Positions 55,981 through 64,000 of a stretch of 64,000 nucleotides of DNA are shown one piece after another. Origin of the DNA: Trypanosoma brucei (taxonomy: Eukaryota); assembly GCA_000002445.1 (NCBI GenBank), contig CM000207.1, positions 1,344,001 through 1,408,000 on the forward strand. Direction: 5' to 3'. The stretch's first letter is position 1. Each line of letters opens with the position of its first letter. Both the position numbers and the translations under genes were made by a program. The notes below the pieces were generated by a model. It searched no databases and had not been told where the DNA came from. It saw nothing but the letters and a program-made list of their open reading frames with translations.

Positions 55981-57075
55981 TTACACGTGTAGTAGCTGCG
56001 CCTCATTCCCAGTTGTGATTGCTATCCACTGCTCGTGTTGGGAGGACCACGAGATGTTGTTGATTGGATTCTCCACTTTACAGCTCATGATGCATTTCGC
56101 CTCCACGTTTGGTAGCTCGTTAAGGTCCCAAATGTTCGCTGTGCCATCCTCCCCTGCGCTGCAGAGATTTATCATGGAGTTTGGCGCCCAACAAACGCTG
56201 TTAATGGGTTGTGGGTTTGCACTCTTTAACGATGCTACCGCTACCGCTGGGAAGCGTATATCTATAACGATCACCTCCGTTCCTTCAACCCCAAATGTTG
56301 AAATGTATGTCCGATCAGAATTGTCCCAAGCCACTCGCAGAAGCGGGAAGAGGGAACTTGACTCATAAAGAATGGTACAATGCTCAATTTCACGCAGGTC
56401 AAAAACTCGGACAGATCCGTCTGCGCCGCAGCTAGCAAATGTATGGGTTCCCTTTGCGAAGGCAATGTCATACACATCTTTATCGTGTGCAATGAGCCGC
56501 GTGTTTTTTCCAGTTTCCAGGTCCCATATGGTCACTGTTGTGTCTACGCTGCAACACCCTACGACATTCGGGTCATCGGTATTCCAGTCACATGAAGTAA
56601 CAGGAAAGCAGAGATCATTCGGTTGTTTACCATATTCGAACGCCATCTTGAACGAAACGTGTGAGTCGATATGATCCATTTTTGATGGAACGCGGCGCGG
56701 ATCATCGACCTCTCGGTGTCGCTCATCGCTGCGTTCATTGCTTTCTGGAGGCCCCTCCTTCACTTCCCAGAGTCGCATATAATCTGCCGTCGTGATGATC
56801 AGATCTGATCCTGCCTTGGGAGGGGCAAACATAACCTTCGTTGGTGGGTAGCTGTGACTCCACGTTGCTCTGCAAACTAACTCCCCCTCATCATTCTTTT
56901 GCACAATATCCACATAGTTCTTAAATTCCTGTATGTACGATGAAACAGCAAAGCGGAATGGTGCATTTTCTCTCGTGCTCCATGACACGCCGTTTGCCAA
57001 CCATCCCGTATTGTACGAAAGGATGCTTGGTCGCTGTTGTTGTTGTTGTTGCGGAATCTGGCTTCCCATCCTCAA
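55981..57075 (-). CDS. DCAF7: DCAF7/WDR68 (HAN11)-family WD40 repeat protein with N-terminal poly-Q
   Basis: Collinear blocks match DCAF7: LIAHDKDVYDIAF, GADGSVRVFDLREIEHCTILYE, PLLRVAWDNSDRTYISTF, GTEVIVIDIRFP, INSVCWAP, PINNISWSSQHEQWIAITTGNEAQLLHV. Confidence 0.8.
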   Translation of the reverse strand: MRMGSQIPQQQQQQRPSILSYNTGWLANGVSWSTRENAPFRFAVSSYIQEFKNYVDIVQKNDEGELVCRATWSHSYPPTKVMFAPPKAGSDLIITTADYMRLWEVKEGPPESNERSDERHREVDDPRRVPSKMDHIDSHVSFKMAFEYGKQPNDLCFPVTSCDWNTDDPNVVGCCSVDTTVTIWDLETGKNTRLIAHDKDVYDIAFAKGTHTFASCGADGSVRVFDLREIEHCTILYESSSLFPLLRVAWDNSDRTYISTFGVEGTEVIVIDIRFPAVAVASLKSANPQPINSVCWAPNSMINLCSAGEDGTANIWDLNELPNVEAKCIMSCKVENPINNISWSSQHEQWIAITTGNEAQLLHV

Positions 57076-57716
57076 ATTGATGGATCCCTACCCCACAACA
57101 ACCGAATAAATACACAAAAACCTAAACCCAGAAAAAAAAATTAATTAAAAAAAGGAAATGACGCCAAACCTTGTGCTTACATGTGTTTACAGGTGATTTG
57201 GAGATAAGGAAACAAGGGAGGCAGAAGAAAACGTTTATCGTGCAGGAAATATTAGATGGGTGAATTGTCAATCAGAAGCTTCGGGTGGTGATGAAAAATA
57301 CCAAAAACTTACAGAGGGCGCAATCTAAAGAAGTGCTAAACATCAGGACTGAATGCTGTTTTGCAGCACTGCAGTAACAATAATGGTAGAAAGGCCAATT
57401 GATGTGGTCGAAAACAGGAAAGGAAAGAAAATAAACAAAAAGGGTTCCCCGACTGTCACTTCACAAAAAAAAAAAGTACCCTCTTTTTCTCTATTCCCTT
57501 ACTGCAACACGCACCTACATGATTTTTTTTTCTTGCAACAAAAAAAAGCAGAAAGAAAGAGGGTACATTTTCCTCACTTACCCACAGAATAGAGTTCCCG
57601 TTCCTTTCTTATGGATACGGCGTGCAGACCCGGCTCCCCGTCTCACTCCCTAATCCCACCATATCCCTTTTTTTTTCATCTTCATTTCCGCTTTTCTTTT
57701 CTTTTTTTCCCCCTCT

Positions 57717-57971
57717 TTAGTGCTCTTCATTCAGCCGTTTCTTGAGGGCTGCCACTTCCGCCTTGAGGCACGCGTTCTCCTGCTGGAGCGCTTCGTAATC
57801 CGCAGTGGAGGCGCCACCGAGCACTTTCTTAATGAAATCAACCGGATCATCAGGCTTTTCGGGTTCCTCATAGAGGTTAACGAGCACACGCGTGAGAGTG
57901 TCAATCACCTGCTTTCCCTCAAGGTACTTGCGGAACTCTTCCTTTTTCGCTTCGCTGGATTGGTATGACAT
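57717..57971 (-). CDS. MYCBP/AMY-1-like small protein (~84 aa)
   Basis: KEEFRKYLEGKQVIDTLTRVLVNLYEEPEKPDDPVDFIKKVLG closely parallels the MYCBP core (REQFRRYLEKSGVLDTLTKVLVALYEEPEKP) and is followed by a short coiled-coil. The start is taken at MSYQSS (the ORF track starts 9 codons earlier). Confidence 0.55.
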   Translation of the reverse strand: MSYQSSEAKKEEFRKYLEGKQVIDTLTRVLVNLYEEPEKPDDPVDFIKKVLGGASTADYEALQQENACLKAEVAALKKRLNEEH

Positions 57972-58045
57972 CCTTGTTTTGCTGGCCTGGCTGCACAAAG
58001 TAACGTAGCTTCACTTTATTCTATTTTCAATATCGCAAGAAGCCG

Positions 58046-58061
58046 TGTATGTATGTATGTA

Positions 58062-58095
<34 letters not shown>
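58046..58095. repeat. (GTAT)n-(GT)n compound microsatellite
   Basis: gtatgtatgtatgtatgtatgtgtgtgtgtgtgtgtgtgtgtgtgtgtgg. Confidence 0.95.
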
Positions 58096-58096
<1 letters not shown>

Positions 58097-59129
58097 AAAT
58101 AACGGGAAATTAAAAAAACAAGAAAAAGGAGTTGCAGAGGATAATAGAAATTCGATAACAGTAACAAGCACAAACAGATGTATAGGGAACCACTTCATAT
58201 AGTAGGAAAGATAGAGTTAAGGGAATGGGGAGGAAGGGAGAAGTAGGAGTGGGAACAGAATAATAAGGGGACACTCCCAACGACAGAGCCTTCGCATTAC
58301 CCAACATTCACAACATCGTCGCCCTCCTTCCTCCAAGCAGAGACGGTGCTGCAGCACATACAGAAGGAAACGGTAGTCCGCATTCCCTCCACCTCAGCAT
58401 CACTGCATCGTTGCAGCTACAAATGCGTGCATTTCCATACCATAACATATATGTCAACAGAACAAGGCGCTGTCGTCGCGAGAGATATATTCGCCCCTTT
58501 CGGCTCCACAGCAGCCTTTTGGGGACAGTCACAGAGTAAACGCAACACGTGAAGGGAAAGTACTGAATTACCTTTCTACTCCCCTCCTCAAAACTCGCGA
58601 TCCTCTCATCCTCTCCCGGATAAAATGAATGCGCACTCCCAGTCATGCAAGGGATAATGTGCCCCCTCTCTCTCCCTTTTCCCTTCTCCCTAGATTATTT
58701 GTCCCCACATACTGCACCCACTTGATCACCAACAATGCTAGTCTTCCTTTCGGCCAATTGCCTTCACGGCTGCTAGCATTTGCTTGTTTCCTCCCGCGTG
58801 CCTCTTCGGCTGCGCTTTGCACATGCACATAAAAACGATGACCACAGCGATAATGTGCGCTAAAGCGACAAGAGCAACGAAGTACCACGTCGCGTCCCAC
58901 TCCGCGTGCATTGATTAACGGTACTCCTTAACAAAAGAGGAATTGGGCAGTTAGATGCATAAGGTCACGAAAAGTGTCACAGGGGGGTGGCAAAACAGTG
59001 AGAATGCGCATGCACGCACAAAGCAAACTTAACCAAGTTAGCGTGAGGAAACGACGCTCGCATCATCCAACGCTCCACAACATCAACGGACGCATCGGTA
59101 ACCCAACATTACAAAATCGACGCGAACAG

Positions 59130-59900
59130 TTATGGCACCCGCACGTGCACCGCATAATGTTTCTGGAGACCCTTCCTTGTTGTTCTTTGGGCGTCTTCAC
59201 TGCTGTTCGCAGCGTAGTCCAACATCTTTCGGACCATTTCATTTCCCGCCAGCTCTTCTTGGCTCAGCTGCCGAAACAGTGGGCAGCCGTCAAGGCATGT
59301 GACCATCCATCGCTCCAACTCCTCAACATCTGACACTGTAAAGAGAAAACCGCCAACTTTCAGCCAATAGGCATATTCTTGCACAAGCCCAGGGGAAATA
59401 ATGCGCCGGCGGACGTTCTTCCGTTTCCAGTGTGGGTCCGGGTAGCAGAAGAAAAGGGCCTGAAGTTGCCCCTTGTTGAAGCAGTTCGATCCAAACTTCA
59501 TAACATTGAGTTGTTCAAACCACACATTACGGTAGTGGTGCGAAGTGCCATCGGTTGCCGCCCCCTCGCGCAGTTTCATTACTTTATTCTGCGCAAACTC
59601 CACAACCTTTGGACGTATCTCAAGCCCCAACATACACATGTCAGGGAAATCCGGTGCGAGTGAAAAGAGCATTCCACCAAAGGCACAACCGACATCAACG
59701 AGAGTAATCACCGGGTTGTCCATTCCCGGGAAAAGCGTGGTGCATTGTTCCTGAAGTTCTGCTGGGCAATCCGGATGGTTATCACTATTTTCTGCGAGTG
59801 GGTTACGATGAGGTCGCGTGCGTATCGGTAGTCGCGTCCACTTCGGTTGTGTTGTGGAAGTCATTACAACCCTCAAGTCAGGAAGGGGGAGGGTTAACAA
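59130..59900 (-). CDS. TRM8: tRNA (guanine-N7)-methyltransferase (TRM8/METTL1 family)
   Basis: VDVGCAFGGMLFSLAPDFPDMCMLGLEIR, FFCYPDPHWKRKNVRRRIISPGLVQEYAYWLKVGGFLFTVSDVEEL. Collinear with the METTL1 SAM-binding fold. Confidence 0.8.
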   Translation of the reverse strand: MLTLPLPDLRVVMTSTTQPKWTRLPIRTRPHRNPLAENSDNHPDCPAELQEQCTTLFPGMDNPVITLVDVGCAFGGMLFSLAPDFPDMCMLGLEIRPKVVEFAQNKVMKLREGAATDGTSHHYRNVWFEQLNVMKFGSNCFNKGQLQALFFCYPDPHWKRKNVRRRIISPGLVQEYAYWLKVGGFLFTVSDVEELERWMVTCLDGCPLFRQLSQEELAGNEMVRKMLDYAANSSEDAQRTTRKGLQKHYAVHVRVP

Positions 59901-60425
59901 CTACACCTCGGATGGGTGGGTGAACTGTATGGAGGTAAAATATAATGCAAAGAAGGGGAATGAAGCATTTTTTTTTAAGTGGTATGAACAGACGGGAGAG
60001 GCTCTTTCTGATGCAGTTTCACAATGGAACAGGGTCGGCAGAAGCAGCAAACATTCGTGCGTACACGCACGCACACCCACAGAATGCTCTATATATGGTG
60101 TTGGTGAGACAAATCAGGTGAGCAACAGGTTGAAAAAGGAACAATAAGGTGGTAGAAGCAAAACAAGCCACCTCCACACAACACAGCAAGAGGGCTGACA
60201 CAAAATATGAGGGGTTGACACAGCAATGAAAACACTATACGCAGTCTTGAACGTATCAGCATATAGATAAACAAACATGTTCCAAAAGTCTCCGAGTGCC
60301 CGGCACATTAGGAATCTGTGGGTTGGTCCCGCAATGTGAACAGGTGCCCGTGGGGATGGTACCTCTACAACTCGGAGGCCAAGCACGCGACAAAAAGAAA
60401 ACAACAAAAAAACTGATGCCTTTAA

Positions 60426-61706
60426 TTACTCGATTTTATCTCGGGAGTGTTTCCTACCTTTAATCCGCTTCCGCATCACTGCATTTTCTGCAACTAGTAT
60501 TTCCAATTCAACCGTTAAGCGCTCAATGAGTGTATTGTACTCTTCCTTCTCCTCTCTAGATGAGTTCCTCAAATACGCCAGCTCCGCGTGCAGCTCCTCC
60601 CGTTCCCTTCTACTTTGCTTCTCTACTGCCATGCATTTTTCCTCAGCGGCCGCTAGCTTCTTGACAAGTGATTCTGTTGTTATATCACCACACTCACCTT
60701 CTCCCTTTTGTGTGGTGATGCTAACTGCGGGGAGGGAGCTACGGCTTATGTCTAAAATATGAGGACCTAAAGATGCCAACCCCGCCGGTGGTTGTGTTTG
60801 ACTGGGCGACTGCGGCCTGCTGGTGTTGTCCTCTTTCTCCGCTATGAGTCCCTGCGGTTGTCTCGGTTCCTCCGTCTCCGCCGTATGTTGTGATGGCACC
60901 TGTTTCAGGTTTTTCTCTTCGTCCCCCTCGTTTCCGCATGCACTTAACTGTTTTGTTAAGTTGAGTATACTTTGGTGCAGGTCGTCCACATTCTCCGAGG
61001 ATGCATCTGGGAGTGCTGGCGACGTTCGCTCCCCTCTCGCAATCGCGTTGTTAACGTGAAACGCGACTTCGCCGATTTTAGCGGCAAGGTTAACTTTCTC
61101 CCTCAGAAGTCCATTAACTAAAGCACAAGCTTCGTCTACGGAAAGCAGAAAGGCATTTTTCTCTTCGGCCATTTTGGCTTCACTGTAAAGTGCACCGTTA
61201 CGAGTTTTCCTTTTGGCAGAGCTGCGAGAACCTGATGACTCTCCCCGCTCCCTAACAGCCGAAGCAACTTCTCTGAGGGATATGTTACGGCACATGTCGA
61301 TCGCTGGTGCCCGCTTCATGGCTGAGCCCAAAGTCGTGAACGCGGATGCAATGACTTGCCTTTCCAGAAGTGAAGTATATTTCACCATTTCCATCAGTGC
61401 AGAAGATATGTCGGCTATGCGCTTGTCGCGGTCCAAAAGTTCTGATTTTAGTCGTTTCTCTGTCATTTCACATTGGTTCTCTAGGAAAATGCATTCATCT
61501 ATAACTTCCGAAAGGTTCTCTTTGACCTTTCGCAGCTCTTCTAAAAGTTTGGTAGTGTCAACCTCACACATGCCGCAGGAAACCACTCTCTTTTTCTCTA
61601 TAATTGGATTTACTGTATTCTGGGGCGCGCTTAATAATTTGTTTTCCCTAAAGCCTGAACCGAAGAACAAACAGAAGGATGTAAAAGAAGCTACGGAAAT
61701 ACACAT
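60426..61706 (-). CDS. Hypothetical coiled-coil protein (426 aa)
   Basis: Minus-strand ORF with extensive coiled-coil-like segments (LKSELLDRDKRIADISSALMEMVKY..., EEKCMAVEKQSRREREELHAELAYLRNSSREEKEEYNTLIERLTVELEILVAEN). Confidence 0.5.
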   Translation of the reverse strand: MCISVASFTSFCLFFGSGFRENKLLSAPQNTVNPIIEKKRVVSCGMCEVDTTKLLEELRKVKENLSEVIDECIFLENQCEMTEKRLKSELLDRDKRIADISSALMEMVKYTSLLERQVIASAFTTLGSAMKRAPAIDMCRNISLREVASAVRERGESSGSRSSAKRKTRNGALYSEAKMAEEKNAFLLSVDEACALVNGLLREKVNLAAKIGEVAFHVNNAIARGERTSPALPDASSENVDDLHQSILNLTKQLSACGNEGDEEKNLKQVPSQHTAETEEPRQPQGLIAEKEDNTSRPQSPSQTQPPAGLASLGPHILDISRSSLPAVSITTQKGEGECGDITTESLVKKLAAAEEKCMAVEKQSRREREELHAELAYLRNSSREEKEEYNTLIERLTVELEILVAENAVMRKRIKGRKHSRDKIE

Positions 61707-61865
61707 TTCCCCCCTTAGTTATGTTGGTGCGCAGAAAGGTGTAGGAGAAAGTATATTTTAGCGGTGAGGATCACCACGTCTGTGCGCTAGTTTGGTTGGC
61801 GCTGCGTAGGGGGCGATAATTTAGTCAGAGCCATTGGAGGGACCACAGTAAGGGGAAAGTTGGCT

Positions 61866-63461
61866 TCACCGCCCTGGAATAATGCGTATGCTTCGCCTGA
61901 AGCTTTCGTCGTGCGCACTCACACGGCTAATCGGCCCTTTCTTACGGCTGATGACCGTGCTGTCCCCACACGGTTTCCTGTTTGAAGGCGTGTTCTCCAC
62001 AGGTTCACCCTGCAACTCCTCCATAACTTCCCGCATTTCCTCCGAGTAGCGAGCCACTACGTCAGAGCTCTTTACGTCATGGGTCCACACGACTTCGTTT
62101 TCCTCATTGCTAGCTTCTGTCCCACTTCCTGCACCTCCGCCAATCCTTTGATACTCCTTCCCACTTACCGCCTGCCGCACTTTGTTGGGTAGCTTATCCA
62201 ACGTGATGCGACCCAAGTTTCCTAACTGGAAATCGTGTATGAGGAACTTTTGCGCGCGCGAAGGGTCTAAGTTCCCCAAATCAGTTTGACCGCTCGTTCC
62301 ACTTCTTTCACAGATCATGGAAATGCAGTCGTCAAAGCTAATGGGAGCTCGCGGCAGGTGCAGACATTCTGCCATATGCTCCCCCACCCCAGCCGCACTA
62401 AGGACATCGTAGATGTATCGAGCTACAAGGGAGCGTGGTAGCGTGATATCGTTGGTGGGGATAATTCCGCATGCGGCCAGTTTCAAACCTGCCTCTTTCG
62501 CAAAGCATCCAGGGAGTGTGAGACCTGGAGAGTCATAGAGAACAATGTTTGGATCTTTACAAACAGGGACGAGTTTCACGCCACGAGTTGTCCCTGGGGC
62601 AATACTCACAGCCTCCGGCGTACGTGGCCGCCTGAAATCCTCACGGTGAAACTGATACTCGTGTGCCAACCTAAGGGAATTAATTAGTGTGGATTTCCCA
62701 ACATTGGGCATTCCAACTACGAGGCCCACGTTAGCCGTTGTTTTGAATCGCTGCGCTGGGAGAATATGTGTCACGAAGCGTTGCACGGCCTCAACGGTGT
62801 CTCGCCAGCTTCGCTTTGCGCTAGTGAAGAGGGCGAAATTCCCTGTTCGCTCGTAGTACTGCTGAATGACCCGGTTACAGTCTTCGTTGGACATTTCAGC
62901 CTTGTTAAAAACAATCAGCCGCGGGCGATCAATGATAATCTTTTGAAGATTCGGGTTTCCCGTCGTAAATGGAAGCCTCGCGTCTCGTATCTCCAACACA
63001 AAGTCGGCGTCCTTCACCTTCTCTGCGAGGGTCCGCGAGGCCAGCTGCATATGCCCAAGGTACCACGCAGCTCCCTTTTCGTTAATGTCCACAAACGCTT
63101 CGCGGGACATGCCCTTCCTACTGGAATGGTCCATAGATTCCTTATAAGATGCCAGCACCCGCTTCACATTTCGCATAAACACCGGGTCATGAACATTTCG
63201 GCAAGTGAGTCCACGGCGCATTCCTTTCCACTGCACTTCAAACCATTGTGAGTTCCGCACAAACAAAGTGTGCAAACGGATATTTATGCGCGCAGTAAAA
63301 TAGTAACAAGCCGCGATGAAAGGGAATGTAATGTGAAGTATCAAGGCCTCAACCACAAAGCAGAAATCAAAAAATGACAACCTGAGAGATAGCGAGTTAA
63401 TGCAGGTCTCTAGGGTCACAGAGGCTGAGCCCAACAGCTGCCTTCGGCAGAAAATCAACAC
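61866..63461 (-). CDS. MTG1: YlqF/RbgA/MTG1-type circularly permuted GTPase (likely mitochondrial ribosome biogenesis GTPase)
   Basis: Permuted motif order: WYLGHM...DADFVLEIRDARLP (G-domain entry), then NKAEM (G4) before GMPNVGKSTLINSL (G1) and DSPG (G3). The true start is probably internal, upstream of WYLGHM. The ORF-track N-terminus looks non-coding. Confidence 0.7.
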   Translation of the reverse strand: MLIFCRRQLLGSASVTLETCINSLSLRLSFFDFCFVVEALILHITFPFIAACYYFTARINIRLHTLFVRNSQWFEVQWKGMRRGLTCRNVHDPVFMRNVKRVLASYKESMDHSSRKGMSREAFVDINEKGAAWYLGHMQLASRTLAEKVKDADFVLEIRDARLPFTTGNPNLQKIIIDRPRLIVFNKAEMSNEDCNRVIQQYYERTGNFALFTSAKRSWRDTVEAVQRFVTHILPAQRFKTTANVGLVVGMPNVGKSTLINSLRLAHEYQFHREDFRRPRTPEAVSIAPGTTRGVKLVPVCKDPNIVLYDSPGLTLPGCFAKEAGLKLAACGIIPTNDITLPRSLVARYIYDVLSAAGVGEHMAECLHLPRAPISFDDCISMICERSGTSGQTDLGNLDPSRAQKFLIHDFQLGNLGRITLDKLPNKVRQAVSGKEYQRIGGGAGSGTEASNEENEVVWTHDVKSSDVVARYSEEMREVMEELQGEPVENTPSNRKPCGDSTVISRKKGPISRVSAHDESFRRSIRIIPGR

Positions 63462-64000
63462 GATAATTAGAAGATTAATACCAACAAAAAAGAGACCACC
63501 TCTCCAGCTCGCCTCAGGGTATCAAAAGCGACAACCGCTGCACACACACACACACGGCACAGGTGTGTGAATGACCAGCTTCGCTTATACTAGTCATAAA
63601 TGACTAGAAGCCAGTGGTTTCCGTTTCCATAAACCCCGGGTCTTCCCTCTTCCCCTGCTCAATGTATATCTATATTTCATTCTTCGGTACACCATAATCA
63701 AAAACATGTAATTTCACCCTTCCCCTCCCTGTCATCAGTATCGTTAGAGCTGCCGCACCCCTCCGCAAAAGAGTTTATGCAAATTACATGTACACCTTTC
63801 CCCCCTTAAGTACCGATTTTTCACAAGGGACGTTACTCTTTGAGAATTTCACCTGCGATACACCTGTATAGACGCGCCCACATCATACTTCTCGCGCACG
63901 CACTTAACTTTGTTTGGTTATGCTCAACAGGCTAGGGGGGAACTACAAACAGGTACACGTCAAAACAACCTTCCTTGCAGTCTGAGTTTTGATAGAGAAA

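Noticed and set aside
23476-63461. Apparent enrichment of RNA-biology genes (CCA enzyme, TRM8, SAC3, LSM12, DRG, MTG1, PTB-like) suggesting a functional cluster
   Set aside because: Kinetoplastid polycistrons are not operons, and gene order there is not functionally organised. With 27 genes, several RNA-related ones are expected by chance.
1-64000. Search for prokaryote-style systems (CRISPR arrays, defence islands, operons, mobile-element cargo)
   Set aside because: The sequence is clearly eukaryotic kinetoplastid nuclear DNA (actin, trans-splicing signals, unidirectional intron-less genes). No spacer-repeat arrays or transposase/recombinase ORFs were seen.

Overview
This window is eukaryotic nuclear DNA of a kinetoplastid. 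It looks like the African-trypanosome (Trypanosoma brucei group) type, although the species call is inference from actin protein identity and recalled gene order, not a search. The recalled chromosome-9 neighbourhood (FBPase – DRBD3/PTB1 … tandem actin A/B) matches what is seen here. All 27 credible CDS are intron-less and lie on the minus strand, with no strand switch, so the window is one minus-strand polycistronic transcription unit. Recognisable minus-strand products, left to right, are: a partial coiled-coil protein, a SCO1/SenC homologue, fructose-1,6-bisphosphatase ending in the PTS1 tripeptide SKL, a two-RRM PTB-like protein (DRBD3-like) with a poly-Q/P tail, a 2359-aa hypothetical protein, a class-II CCA-adding tRNA nucleotidyltransferase, an LRR protein, a 1053-aa coiled-coil (possibly SCAPER-like) protein, two tandem actin genes, STE24-type CAAX prenyl protease, an ankyrin-repeat protein, a type-2 (FMN-dependent) IPP isomerase, a SAC3/GANP-domain protein, a DRG GTPase, an LSM12-like protein, a DCAF7/WDR68 WD40 protein, a MYCBP-like small protein, a TRM8/METTL1 tRNA m7G methyltransferase and a YlqF/MTG1-type circularly permuted GTPase. 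The rest are hypothetical. Three things stand out beyond the gene list. The two actin copies are nearly identical, with identity starting exactly at the last codon (the copies have different stop codons). A ~9.7 kb stretch (33.3–43.05 kb) in the middle of the unit has no credible ORF. Its GC-rich core is strongly G+T-skewed on the transcribed strand, so it could be an internal Pol II start region, an ncRNA locus or a decayed element. A ~3 kb low-complexity spacer with alternating purine/pyrimidine blocks lies between FBPase and DRBD3. Microsatellites ((CA)n, (TA)n, GT/GTAT) and long homopolymer junctions are scattered through the intergenic regions. No prokaryotic-style systems (CRISPR, operons) are expected or seen.
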